Assembly (NCBI GenBank): GCA_965261735.1
Contig: OZ253470.1
Location: 2,400,001-2,464,000 of the forward strand
Source of the DNA: Alphaproteobacteria bacterium
Lineage (GTDB): Bacteria; Pseudomonadota; Alphaproteobacteria; SHVV01
Reading direction: 5' to 3'
DNA: 64,000 nucleotides
Shown here: positions 1 through 9,703 of the stretch, piece after piece
Layout: each line of letters begins with the position of its first letter
How positions within the stretch are numbered: position 1 is the first letter of the stretch
Notes under the pieces: model-generated
What the model saw: the letters and a program-made list of their open reading frames with translations, nothing else
Told to the model about the DNA's origin: nothing
The model's database searches: none
Translations under genes and position numbers: made by a program

Positions 1-423
1 CCCGACAAGGCCCTTTTGCCGGCGCACCTCGGCCAGCACACGCGCGGCCGCGCGGTAGGGCACGAGCGGCGTCGCCGAGCCGAAGTGATCGCGCGCCAGG
101 TCCCAGGAGGCGAAGCCGTGGGCGGGCGCGGCGACGGCAACGGCGAGTGGCATCTGTCGGCGCACGGCGGCGCTGATGATCTCGCGCCACAGGCGGCCGA
201 TGACGGCGGCCGAAGGGGGCTCCCGGTGCCGTGTCAGCAGGCGCCGCAGGATAGCCGCCTCGCGGGCCGGAAACATGATATTTGCCATAGTCGTGCCGCC
301 GCGCTTGGCGGCCGATACCCTGGCCACGAGGGCGCTGCGCCGCATCAGGAGGTCGTGAAGGGCCTCGTCGACGCCATCGATTTCGCGGCGAAGCGCGGCG
401 AGCGCCGTTTGATTTGCGTCCAT
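1..423 (-). CDS. Chorismate mutase (alphaproteobacterial type), 3' end runs off the window
   Basis: Not in the ORF track because it has no stop in the window. Manual translation from ATG at 423 gives MDANQTALAALRREIDGVDEALHDLLMRRSALVARV...REAAILRRL...WREII...WDLARDHFGS, typical of CM type II. Confidence 0.8.
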   Translation of the reverse strand, partial: MDANQTALAALRREIDGVDEALHDLLMRRSALVARVSAAKRGGTTMANIMFPAREAAILRRLLTRHREPPSAAVIGRLWREIISAAVRRQMPLAVAVAAPAHGFASWDLARDHFGSATPLVPYRAAARVLAEVRRQKGLVG

Positions 424-494
424 GATGCCCGTGTCGCGCGACCGCCAGGGAGCGGTAGTGATAGACTGGGGCGCCAGCAAAATCAAAGCAAACG

Positions 495-523
495 TTGACA
501 ATTGGAGCACCGTATCCAACTTA
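495..523 (+). promoter_or_regulatory. Possible sigma70 promoter for metXW
   Basis: TTGACA at 495-500 in the AT-richer divergent intergenic region; the -10 element is weak. Confidence 0.35.
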
Positions 524-560
524 TGGCGTACTTTTTCGACGGTCCGAATTCGGCGAGAAG

Positions 561-1736
561 ATGAGCGAGCTGCTGGCGCAAACGCCGGGCGCCAAAGGGC
601 GTGCTGCAAAGGAAGGCCCACGCGTCGTCCTCGGCACCGAGGCGCCACTCACGTTGGATTGCGGCGTCGACCTCGGGCCCTTCACCGCCGCCTACGAGAC
701 CTACGGCGAGCTCAACGCCGACAAGTCGAACGCGATTCTCGTCTGCCACGCGCTATCGGGCGACCAGCACGCGGCTGGCACCCATCCCCTTACGGGAAAG
801 CCGGGCTGGTGGCACCTGGCGATCGGCCCCGGGCTGCCGCTCGATCCCGACCGCCACTTCATCATTTGCGTCAACGTGCTGGGCGGCTGCATGGGGACGA
901 TCGGGCCCTCCGAGATCAACCCCGCGACCGGCCGCGCCTATGGCCTCGACTTCCCCATCATCACCGTCCGCGATATGGTGCGCGCGCAGGCCATGCTGCT
1001 CGATCAGCTGGAGATCCCCGACCTGTTCTGCGTCATCGGCGGGTCGATGGGGGCGATGCAGGTCCTGCAGTGGGCCGCGAGCTTTCCCGATCGGGTGTTC
1101 AGCGCCGTACCGATTGCCGGCGCGGCCCGCCATTCGGCACAGAACATCGCCTTTCACGAGGTCGGGCGGCAGGCCATCATCGCCGATCCCGAATGGCAGG
1201 GCGGCGACTACATCGAGCGCGGCACCAACCCGCGCAAGGGGCTCGCGGTGGCGCGCATGGCGGCCCACATCACCTACCTCTCCGAGGCCGCGCTGCGCCG
1301 CAAGTTCGGTCGCAAGCTGCAGGACCGCGCCAACATCACCTATGGCTTCGACGCCGACTTCCAGGTCGAGAGCTACCTCCGCCACCAGGGCATCAGCTTC
1401 GTCGACCGCTTCGACGCCAACTCGTACCTCTACATCACGCGGGCGATGGACTATTTCGATCTCGCCGCCGACCACGGTGGCAAGCTCGCCGCGGTGTTCC
1501 GAGGCAACCAAGCGCGCTTCTGCCTGATCTCGTTCACCAGCGACTGGCTATTCCCGACGTCCGAGACGTTAGAAATCGTCCACGCGCTGAACGCCAGCGC
1601 GGCAAACGTGAGCTTTGTCGAGATCGAAACCGACAAGGGGCACGATGCGTTTCTGCTCGACGAGCCGGAGTTTCACTCCACCCTCAAGGGCTTCCTCGAG
1701 GGAGCGGCCGATCACCGCGGCCTCGAACGTCGGTGA
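561..1736 (+). CDS. metX: Homoserine O-acetyltransferase
   Basis: HALSGD, GGCMG, GGSMG nucleophile motif, [15 protein letters not shown]; ATG at 561; adjacent to metW. Confidence 0.95.
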   Translation: MSELLAQTPGAKGRAAKEGPRVVLGTEAPLTLDCGVDLGPFTAAYETYGELNADKSNAILVCHALSGDQHAAGTHPLTGKPGWWHLAIGPGLPLDPDRHFIICVNVLGGCMGTIGPSEINPATGRAYGLDFPIITVRDMVRAQAMLLDQLEIPDLFCVIGGSMGAMQVLQWAASFPDRVFSAVPIAGAARHSAQNIAFHEVGRQAIIADPEWQGGDYIERGTNPRKGLAVARMAAHITYLSEAALRRKFGRKLQDRANITYGFDADFQVESYLRHQGISFVDRFDANSYLYITRAMDYFDLAADHGGKLAAVFRGNQARFCLISFTSDWLFPTSETLEIVHALNASAANVSFVEIETDKGHDAFLLDEPEFHSTLKGFLEGAADHRGLERR

Positions 1737-2368
1737 CCCTGCCCGCCCCGTTGATACGGCCCGGCGCCATCCGGGTCGATCTGCTGTTGATCGCCGACAT
1801 GATCGAGCCGGAATCGCGCGTGCTCGACATCGGTTGCGGCGACGGCACCCTGCTGCACTATCTCCAGCGCAGCAAGAGCGTCGACGGCCGCGGCATGGAT
1901 TTGAGCCAGACCGCGGTCAAGGAGTGCGTGAGCCACGGTCTTGCCGTCATCCAGGGCGACGCCGACGAGGACCTCTCGGATTACCCGGCGCAGGCCTTCG
2001 ACTGCGTCGTCCTCAGCCAGACGCTACAAGCGACGCACAATCCGCGCCGCGTAGTCGAGGAGCTCGTGCGCATCGGCCGCTACGCCATCGTCTCGCTACC
2101 CAACTTCGGCTATTGGCGGGTGCGCTGGAACCTGCTCGCGGCCGGACGCATGCCCGTGACCCGGACGCTCAATTACCACTGGTACGAGACGCCCAACATC
2201 CACATGTGCACGATCCGCGACTTCGTCATTCTGTGCCGCGACATGGGTGTCACCATCGAACAACACATCCTCGTCAACCACCGCGGTCGCGCGGGCGTGT
2301 TTCAGTCGCTCGGGGCGCTCGGCAACCTATTCGGCGAACAGAGCCTGTTTCGCCTCAGCCACCGCTAG
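1733..2368 (+). CDS. metW: Methionine biosynthesis protein MetW
   Basis: [29 protein letters not shown]; GTG start overlaps the metX stop. Confidence 0.93.
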   Translation: MTLPAPLIRPGAIRVDLLLIADMIEPESRVLDIGCGDGTLLHYLQRSKSVDGRGMDLSQTAVKECVSHGLAVIQGDADEDLSDYPAQAFDCVVLSQTLQATHNPRRVVEELVRIGRYAIVSLPNFGYWRVRWNLLAAGRMPVTRTLNYHWYETPNIHMCTIRDFVILCRDMGVTIEQHILVNHRGRAGVFQSLGALGNLFGEQSLFRLSHR

Positions 2369-3143
2369 CGGCGGCGGGCTCGCGGCGCCGGGGCGAACAC
2401 GAGGCGGGGGTGCCGCTGCGCCGCGCGGCCGCGGGAATCAGCACCGGCGCTCGCCGGCGCTCGGCCGGCGCGCGGTGCGCCGCCGTCAGCGCGTAAATCT
2501 GCTTGCTCGCCTCGACGACGAGAACGCCCGAGAAGACCTGGCCCCAGCGTGCGCCAATATTCTCGAACGCTGACGCGGCTCGGATCAGGGTGCGCCACCG
2601 GGTTGGCGGTAGATAGAGGGCGCGCGCGGTCAGCTCGGGCGAGAACATGGTGTCGCGCAGTAGACGGTTGAGCTGTCGCGGGCTGAACGGAAAACCGTAG
2701 CCGAACGGGGTCCGCTCGACCCGCGCCCAGATGCCGCGGCGGTTCGGCACGACAACGATGAGGCGACCGCTCGGCGAGAGCACGCGCCAGACCTCGCGCA
2801 GCATGGGCCGTACCTGCTCGCTCGTCTCGATCGCGTGAACCATGAGGATACGGTCGATCGAGCTATCCTCGAGCGGCAGCTCGGCTTCGTCACTGAGCGT
2901 CACTAGGCCGGGCTCGGCGCGCGGCCAGCGCACGACCCCTTGCGCCGCCGGCATGAGCGCAACGACGCGCTCGGCGTCGGCGAGAAACGGCAGCAGGTAG
3001 GGCGTCGCATAACCGAGACCGAGGAGCTTGAGGCCCCCCATCTGCGGCCATATCGCGCGGACACGGCGGCGGATGAGGCGGCATGCGACTTGCCCCAGGG
3101 GCGACGCATAGAATTGGCTGAAATCAACGACGTCAGGCCGCAT
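2355..3143 (-). CDS. Class I SAM-dependent methyltransferase domain protein
   Basis: MRPDVVDFSQFYASPLG, GLGYATPYL, PNRRGIWAR: conserved alphaproteobacterial Methyltransf_11-like family. Confidence 0.85.
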   Translation of the reverse strand: MRPDVVDFSQFYASPLGQVACRLIRRRVRAIWPQMGGLKLLGLGYATPYLLPFLADAERVVALMPAAQGVVRWPRAEPGLVTLSDEAELPLEDSSIDRILMVHAIETSEQVRPMLREVWRVLSPSGRLIVVVPNRRGIWARVERTPFGYGFPFSPRQLNRLLRDTMFSPELTARALYLPPTRWRTLIRAASAFENIGARWGQVFSGVLVVEASKQIYALTAAHRAPAERRRAPVLIPAAARRSGTPASCSPRRREPAAASGG

Positions 3144-3303
3144 AGCGGCAAACTCTAGCATACGCGAGCCGGCCGCGGTCACGTTGGCGGGCGGTCCCGC
3201 GCGGCGGCGGACGAGCCGGTTCGGCGCTTCGCATTGACCGCCCCGGCCGCCCGCGCCACACTAGGTGGTCACGTTTGGAACCGGCGGTCCCCGGAGGCAC
3301 TCC

Positions 3304-4473
3304 ATGTCGATCACTGCGCTGCGCACAAAGAGCAAGTTTCACCCCGATCCCGAGCAGTCCTACACGCTGCCCGGCACCTACTATTTCGACCCCGACATCT
3401 ACGAGCGCGAGCGCGAGGAGATCTTCTTCAAGACCTGGCAGTTCGCGGGCTATCTCGCCGACCTCGAGAACCCCGGCGACTTCATCACCATGGACCTCCT
3501 GGATCAGAGGATCGTGATCGTCCGAGATCGGAAGCGGCGTTTGCGCGCCTTCTACAACGTGTGCGCCCATCGCGGTCACACGCTCCTCGAGGGCAAGGGC
3601 AACAGGCGCATGATTACCTGCCCGTTCCATGCCTGGACGTACGATCTCGAGGGCAACCTCAAGGCGGCCGGCAACTCGGAGAACGTGGCCGGCTTCGATG
3701 CGGACGAATTCTGCCTCTCGGAGGTTCGCGTCGAGGAGTTCCTCCACATGGTGTTCGTCAATCTCGATACGGGCGCCGCAACGCTGGAGAGCCAGGCCGC
3801 GGGGTTGGCCAAGGAGATACGCGAAACGGTACCGAATTTCGATCAGCTCAAGTTCGCCCGCCGCGATACTTACGAGATCAAGGCCAACTGGAAGTTCATC
3901 TTCGATCAGCTCGAGTGCTATCACTGCCCGCATCTGCATCCCCAGGTCATGGGCCGCGATGATTCCTACATGGACACCAACTGGGAGTCCGTGGAGCATG
4001 GAATCTGGGCCACCCACATCGCGCGTGGCGGCCCCGACATTCTCGAAAAGATCGCGAAAAAGCTGCCCTACGACATCGGCGGCCAATCGATGGTGAAGGA
4101 TGTTTTCATCTGGTACCTGTGGCCCAACCTGTTCCTCGAGACACACCACGGCCCGAGCAACTTTAAGGTCGCGGTGGCGGGGCCGACGGGCGTCGAGGTC
4201 TCGATCCGGCATATGGACCACTTCTGCATCGACGATCCGCCCACGGCCTACAACATCGCGCAGATGGACAACCACATGCAGGTCGCCGTGCCGCAGGACC
4301 TCAAGGCCATGGAAATGCAGCAGCTCGGCGTTCACGCCCGCGGCTACACGCAGGGCCGCCTGATGGTCGACAAGGAGCGCTCGTGGCAGAGCGAGCACGG
4401 CGTCCATCATTTCGACAACCTGGTGTGGAACGCGCTCCACGGCGATAGCTACGACATCGATCCGGCGGCCTAA
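3304..4473 (+). CDS. Rieske non-heme iron oxygenase alpha subunit, CntA/YeaW-like (copy 1)
   Basis: CAHRG...CPFHAW Rieske motif; ECYHCPHLH and PQD iron ligands; SENVAGFD and GRLMVD...SEH resemble YeaW. Confidence 0.9.
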   Translation: MSITALRTKSKFHPDPEQSYTLPGTYYFDPDIYEREREEIFFKTWQFAGYLADLENPGDFITMDLLDQRIVIVRDRKRRLRAFYNVCAHRGHTLLEGKGNRRMITCPFHAWTYDLEGNLKAAGNSENVAGFDADEFCLSEVRVEEFLHMVFVNLDTGAATLESQAAGLAKEIRETVPNFDQLKFARRDTYEIKANWKFIFDQLECYHCPHLHPQVMGRDDSYMDTNWESVEHGIWATHIARGGPDILEKIAKKLPYDIGGQSMVKDVFIWYLWPNLFLETHHGPSNFKVAVAGPTGVEVSIRHMDHFCIDDPPTAYNIAQMDNHMQVAVPQDLKAMEMQQLGVHARGYTQGRLMVDKERSWQSEHGVHHFDNLVWNALHGDSYDIDPAA

Positions 4474-4537
4474 GCGCCCCGCATGCATCAGGCCTAAACG
4501 GCCCTCGCCAGGTCGAAGGGGCCAGAGGAGATAAGGC

Positions 4538-5683
4538 ATGGCCGGCGGTTCGGCGCTGAAGACCAAGAGCGGATTCCATCCCGACCCGGAGCACTCGTAC
4601 ACGCTGCCGGCGCACTACTACTACGACCGGGAGATCGAAACCCGGGAGCGCGAGGCTATCTGGTTCAAGACCTGGCAGCTGGTCGGCTACACCGCCGACC
4701 TCGGGTCCACGGGTAGCTTCATCACCGAAACCATCCTCGACCAGCCGGTGTTCGTGGTGCGCGGTAGGGACGGGGACTTGCGTGCCTACTACAACGTGTG
4801 CATGCACCGCGGGCATATCCTGCTCGAGGGCAAGGGCGACGTGCGCATGATTACCTGCCCGTTCCACGCCTGGACCTATGATCTCGAGGGCAACCTCAGG
4901 GCCGCAGGGAACTCGGAGAACGTCGCCGGGTTCGATGCGGGAGACTTCTGCCTGCCGGAGATCGGCGTCGAGGAGTTCGCGGGCATGGTGTTCGTCAACC
5001 TCGATGCGGAGGCGCCGTCGCTCGCCAGCCAGGCACCCGGGTTGGCCGAGGATTTTAGCGCTTCGGTGCCGCACTTCGATGCGCTCACCTTCGTGCGCCG
5101 CGATCCGTACACTATCGAGGCCAACTGGAAGTTCATCCCCGACCAGAACGAATGCTACCACTGCCCCAGCCTGCACCCGCAGGCGATGGGCACCAAGGAG
5201 ACCTACCTGCAGCCGAGCTGGGAGACCACCGACCACGGCATGTGGTCGAAACACGTTGTGCGCGGCAACCGCGCGGTCAAACCGGAGAATCTCCCCTACG
5301 GCTACAGTCCCGACGACGCGATCCAGGACGTCAACATCTGGTTCCTGTTTCCCAACCTGATCTTCCTCACCCACCAGGGCCCGAGCAACTTCAAGGTCAC
5401 GCGCATCATGCCGACGGGAGCCGAGACGGCGACCCAGACCATCGACAATTTCTGCCACAACGACCCGGCTACCGACATCGACATCGGCACGATGGACAAC
5501 TACCGCGACGTCGTGATTCCGCAGGACGTCCCGGCCATGGAGCAGCAACAGCTCGGCGTGCGTGCGCGCGGTTACACCCAAGGGCGCCTGATGTGCGACC
5601 GCGAGGTCTCGTGGCGCAGCGAGCACGGGACGCACTTCTTCGACAATCTGGTGTGGCGGGCGCTCAACGGCGATCGCTATTAG
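4538..5683 (+). CDS. Rieske oxygenase alpha subunit, CntA/YeaW-like (copy 2)
   Basis: CMHRG...CPFHAW; ECYHCPSLH; PQD. Confidence 0.9.
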   Translation: MAGGSALKTKSGFHPDPEHSYTLPAHYYYDREIETREREAIWFKTWQLVGYTADLGSTGSFITETILDQPVFVVRGRDGDLRAYYNVCMHRGHILLEGKGDVRMITCPFHAWTYDLEGNLRAAGNSENVAGFDAGDFCLPEIGVEEFAGMVFVNLDAEAPSLASQAPGLAEDFSASVPHFDALTFVRRDPYTIEANWKFIPDQNECYHCPSLHPQAMGTKETYLQPSWETTDHGMWSKHVVRGNRAVKPENLPYGYSPDDAIQDVNIWFLFPNLIFLTHQGPSNFKVTRIMPTGAETATQTIDNFCHNDPATDIDIGTMDNYRDVVIPQDVPAMEQQQLGVRARGYTQGRLMCDREVSWRSEHGTHFFDNLVWRALNGDRY

Positions 5684-5717
5684 TCGAGCGCGCCGGCTCG
5701 CTACTGGAGGGGAACAG

Positions 5718-6521
5718 ATGGCAGGGAAGGCAGCCAAGAGGACGGCACGCGCAAAGCGCAAGGTCGCGATCGTCACCGGCGGCGGCACCGGGCTCGGGCG
5801 CTCCTGCGCCAACGTGTTGACGCGCGAAGGTTATGCGGTCGCGATCGTCGGGCGCCGGGCAGCAAAGCTCAAGCCGAAGCGCGGCGAAACGTTGTACCCC
5901 TACGTGTGCGACGTTGCCGACCGGGCCCAGATCCGAGCCACCGTCAAGGCCGTGCTCGCCGATTTCGGGCGCCTCGACGCGCTCGTGAACGGGGCCGGCT
6001 CGGTGCGCATCAAGAAGGCGGAGAACGTTACCCAGGACGACATCGACAGCCTGATCGGCACCAACCTCGTCGGCACGATGAACTTCTGCTACGCCTGTGT
6101 GCCGGCATTGCGCAAGGCGCGCGGCACCATCGTCAACATGAGCTCCAGCATCGCCTATCGCCCGTCGGCCGAAAGCAGCATCTACGCCGCCACCAAGGGC
6201 GGCGTCGAATCTTTCACCAAGGCCCTCGCGGTCGAGCTCGCGCCGCGCGTGCGCGTCAATACGGTCAGCCCGGGGCTCGTGCGCAGCGAGGTCTATCTCG
6301 CCGCCGGCATGGACGCCAAGACTTACAAGAACCTGCTGAAGTGGGCCGGCAGCCTCTATCTTATGGGACGCGCGGGCGAGCCAGAGGACGTCGCCGAGCT
6401 CGTCGCTTTTCTCGCTTCCGACAAGGCGTCCTGGATCACCGGCCTGTGTATCCCGGTCGACGGCGGCTACAGCGTCGGCCAGACCATCGAGGTGCCGCGG
6501 ACCGAGCTCCACGGCTCGTAG
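5718..6521 (+). CDS. Short-chain dehydrogenase/reductase
   Basis: TGGGTGLG, NGAG, YAATK, VDGG; GGAGGG RBS. Confidence 0.9.
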   Translation: MAGKAAKRTARAKRKVAIVTGGGTGLGRSCANVLTREGYAVAIVGRRAAKLKPKRGETLYPYVCDVADRAQIRATVKAVLADFGRLDALVNGAGSVRIKKAENVTQDDIDSLIGTNLVGTMNFCYACVPALRKARGTIVNMSSSIAYRPSAESSIYAATKGGVESFTKALAVELAPRVRVNTVSPGLVRSEVYLAAGMDAKTYKNLLKWAGSLYLMGRAGEPEDVAELVAFLASDKASWITGLCIPVDGGYSVGQTIEVPRTELHGS

Positions 6522-6608
6522 GGCGGGCCGCAACCCGGCCCGGTTCCTCCGCGTCCGTCACCGGCGCTGTCATGGCGACGTCGGCAGGCGGCAACCAAGG
6601 AGCGTCCG

Positions 6609-7448
6609 ATCAGTAGCTACGAGGCGTACGACAAAACTGCATGCAACTATGACGCGACGCGCGGGCCAATTGGCATCGAGATCATCCTCGGCTGTCTCGC
6701 TCGCGGGATTTCGCCGCTGAACGAGCTCACCGTCCTCGACGCCGGCTGCGGCACGGGCAACTACGCCGCGCAGTTGGCGCCCAACGTCCATCGCCTCACG
6801 GGCGTCGATTTCAGCGCGGGCATGTTGGCGGTCGCCGCGGGCAAATTGGCGCCCCACATCAGCGCCGGCCGTTGCGCGCTGCATCGCGCCGACATTCTCG
6901 GGCTTCCCTTCGCGGACGGCGCCTTCCACGCCGTCACCGTCAATCAGGTGCTTCACCACCTGCCCGACGATCCCGCGGCCGGCTACCCCGTACTCAGGCG
7001 TGCGCTGCGCGAGTTCGCCCGCGTGCTCAAACCCGGCGGGAGCCTGGTCGTCAACACCTGCGACCAGCATCAGCTCAGGGAGGGGTACTGGTTCCTCGCG
7101 TTGGTGCCGGCGGCGATGGAGGCGCTCGCGGTCCGGCTCGCCCCCCTCGAGACCCTGGTTGAAATCGCCGGCGAGACCGGTTTCGGCGCCCGCGGGCGAT
7201 TCGTACCGGTCGACGCCGTTGTCCAGGGAGAGCGCTACTTCGATCCGCGCGGGCCGCTGAGCGAGGAATGGCGCGACGGCGACTCGACCTGGGCGCTGGT
7301 GCCCGAGACCGAGCTAGCGCAAGTTTGCGCGCGCCTGAGTTCATTGGATGCGGGTGGCGAGCTCGAGGCCTTTGTGCGGCGGCTCGACGCGCGGCGCCCG
7401 CAAATCGGCCAGATCACGATCCTGCATTTGGTCAAGAAGGCGACTTGA
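6609..7448 (+). CDS. Class I SAM-dependent methyltransferase (apparent ATC start)
   Basis: VLDAGCGTG lies upstream of the first canonical start (6774); AAGGAG RBS at 6597-6602 precedes an in-frame ATC at 6609; NQVLHHL, VLKPGG. Confidence 0.75.
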   Translation: MSSYEAYDKTACNYDATRGPIGIEIILGCLARGISPLNELTVLDAGCGTGNYAAQLAPNVHRLTGVDFSAGMLAVAAGKLAPHISAGRCALHRADILGLPFADGAFHAVTVNQVLHHLPDDPAAGYPVLRRALREFARVLKPGGSLVVNTCDQHQLREGYWFLALVPAAMEALAVRLAPLETLVEIAGETGFGARGRFVPVDAVVQGERYFDPRGPLSEEWRDGDSTWALVPETELAQVCARLSSLDAGGELEAFVRRLDARRPQIGQITILHLVKKAT

Positions 7449-7473
7449 GCGGGCCGGCGAGGAGGCAAGCGAC

Positions 7474-8406
7474 ATGCAGAAGCGCACGTTGGGCAAGACC
7501 GGGCTGGAGGTGTCGGCCCTCGGGTTCGGGGGTGCTCCGGTCGGTTACCTGGAGACGGATCGGCGTCAAGCCACCGAGATCCTCAATACCCTCCTCGATC
7601 GCGGCGTCAACCTGATCGACACCGCCGCGAGCTACGCGGGCTCCGAAGAGGTGATCGGCCAGGCCATCGGGCAGCGGCGCGACGAGTACGTCCTGGTCTC
7701 GAAATGTGGTCAGGCCTTCGATGACATCGAGGGCGAGGCGTGGTCGGCAGCGGCCATCGGACAGACCGTGGACCGCGCCCTTCGCCGTCTGAAGACCGAT
7801 CATCTCGACGTCATGCTGCTGCACTCGTGTGGCATCGAGACGCTGAAGACGGGTGAGGCGATCGGGGCGCTCGCGCACGCGCTCGAGGCGGGCAAGGTCC
7901 GCTACGCCGGCTATTCCGGCGATAACGAGGCCGCGGCCTACGCCGCCCAACTCGACGTCGTCTCGGTGATCGAGACCTCCGTCAGCATCTGCGACCAGGC
8001 CAACATCGATGCCGTCCTGCCGGAGACCCGGCGCAACGACATCGGCGTCTTGGCGAAGCGGCCGATTGCCAACGCGGCCTGGAAGGACCCTTCCGAGCAG
8101 CCGGGCATCTATGCCGGCTACGCACGAACCTACACCGAGCGATTGGCGAAGATGGGCATCACGCCGGAAGAGCTCGGCTTCGAGGGCGCGGGCTCCGAGG
8201 CGTGGCCCGAGCTCGCCCTGAGGTTCACGCTTTCGCACCCCGGGGTGTCGACGGCGATCGTGGGTACGACGAAGCTCGCGAGCGTCGAGGACAACATCGC
8301 CGCGGCCGCGAAGGGGCCACTATCGGTCGACGTCGTCACCGCGCTGCGGCAGGCATTTCAGCGTGCCGAGGCGGCAGCCGGCGAGAAGTGGACCGGCCAG
8401 ACCTAG
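7474..8406 (+). CDS. Aldo/keto reductase
   Basis: RTLGKTGLEVSALGFG, IDTAASY, SEEVIG, LRRLKTDHLD. Confidence 0.9.
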   Translation: MQKRTLGKTGLEVSALGFGGAPVGYLETDRRQATEILNTLLDRGVNLIDTAASYAGSEEVIGQAIGQRRDEYVLVSKCGQAFDDIEGEAWSAAAIGQTVDRALRRLKTDHLDVMLLHSCGIETLKTGEAIGALAHALEAGKVRYAGYSGDNEAAAYAAQLDVVSVIETSVSICDQANIDAVLPETRRNDIGVLAKRPIANAAWKDPSEQPGIYAGYARTYTERLAKMGITPEELGFEGAGSEAWPELALRFTLSHPGVSTAIVGTTKLASVEDNIAAAAKGPLSVDVVTALRQAFQRAEAAAGEKWTGQT

Positions 8407-8541
8407 TCCCCAATTCGGATCGGGCCGCGCGCCGTGAGTCGGCGCCCCTCGGTTGACCGGGGTTGCGGTTTGGTTCAGCATGGGGTTGTGCGGTCGTAGT
8501 GTGCCTGCCACACCTCTTTACACGATTCCGGGAGTAAGATC

Positions 8542-9684
8542 ATGGTGTCCAACCTCGCCGCCGAGCCCAAGTTCCACCCCGACCCAGAGCGCTCCTACAC
8601 GCTGCCGGGCACCTACTACTTCGACCCCGAGATCTTTGAGCGCGAGAAGGAGGAGATCTGGTTCAAGACTTGGCAGTTCATCGGCTATCGCCACGATCTT
8701 AAGGAGCCCGGCGACTACATCACGGCGACCATCATCGATCAGCCGGTGTTCGCGGTCCGGGCCAAGGACGGGCGCCTGCGGGCCTACTACAACGTGTGCA
8801 TGCACCGTGGTCACATCCTGCTCGAGGGCACGGGCAATACGCGCATGATCACCTGCCCGTTCCATGCCTGGACCTATGATTTCGAGGGCAACCTCAAGGC
8901 GGCGGGCAACTCCGAGAACGTGGCCGGCTTCGATCACGGCGACTTCTGCCTGCCCGAGATCCAGGTCGAGGAATTCGCCCACATGGTGTTCGTGAACCTC
9001 GATGCGGGGGCGCCTTCATTGGCGAGCCAGGCGGGCGATCTCGCCCAGCACTGGCAGGACAACGTGCTCAATTTCGACAAGCTCAAGCTCGCGCGCCGCG
9101 ACCCTTACGTTATCGAGGCCAACTGGAAGTTCGTCGCCGACCAGAACGAGTGCTACCACTGCCCGGTCATCCATCCCGGCGTCGCCAGCGTCGAGGGTGG
9201 GCCCGGCGCCTGGATCACCACCGAGCACGACATCTGGTCGACGCACCTGGTGCGCGCCAACGAGCAGGTCACCGCCGAGCGCGTGCAGAACCTGATCGAA
9301 CCCATCCCGCCCGACGAGCTCCAGGACGACACCCACCTCTACTTCCTGTTCCCCAACCTGATCTTCGTCACCCACTGGGGCCCGAGCAACTTCAAGGTCA
9401 TGCACTTCATGCCGAGGGGCATCGAGTCGACGCTCGAGATCGTCGACAATTTCTGCCTCAACGATCCGCCGAGCGAGGGCGACATGGCCAACATCAACCG
9501 CTTCAGCGATATCGTGCAGCCGCAGGACATCCACCCCATGGGACAACAGCAGCTCGGCGTGCACTCGCGCGGCTATACGCAAGGCCGCCTCATGGTCGAT
9601 CGCGAGCGCACCTACCGCAGCGAGCACTCCGTCCACCACTTCGACAACCTCGTGTGGACCGCGCTCAACGGCCCGAACTACTAG
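8542..9684 (+). CDS. Rieske oxygenase alpha subunit, CntA/YeaW-like (copy 3)
   Basis: CMHRG...CPFHAW; ECYHCPVIH; PQD. Confidence 0.9.
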   Translation: MVSNLAAEPKFHPDPERSYTLPGTYYFDPEIFEREKEEIWFKTWQFIGYRHDLKEPGDYITATIIDQPVFAVRAKDGRLRAYYNVCMHRGHILLEGTGNTRMITCPFHAWTYDFEGNLKAAGNSENVAGFDHGDFCLPEIQVEEFAHMVFVNLDAGAPSLASQAGDLAQHWQDNVLNFDKLKLARRDPYVIEANWKFVADQNECYHCPVIHPGVASVEGGPGAWITTEHDIWSTHLVRANEQVTAERVQNLIEPIPPDELQDDTHLYFLFPNLIFVTHWGPSNFKVMHFMPRGIESTLEIVDNFCLNDPPSEGDMANINRFSDIVQPQDIHPMGQQQLGVHSRGYTQGRLMVDRERTYRSEHSVHHFDNLVWTALNGPNY

Positions 9685-9703
9685 GCCGCCAGGGGGGAGC
9701 TCC

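Noticed and set aside
424-560. SAM riboswitch upstream of metX
   Set aside because: The divergent intergenic region is short and I could not recognise a SAM-II or SAM-SAH consensus.
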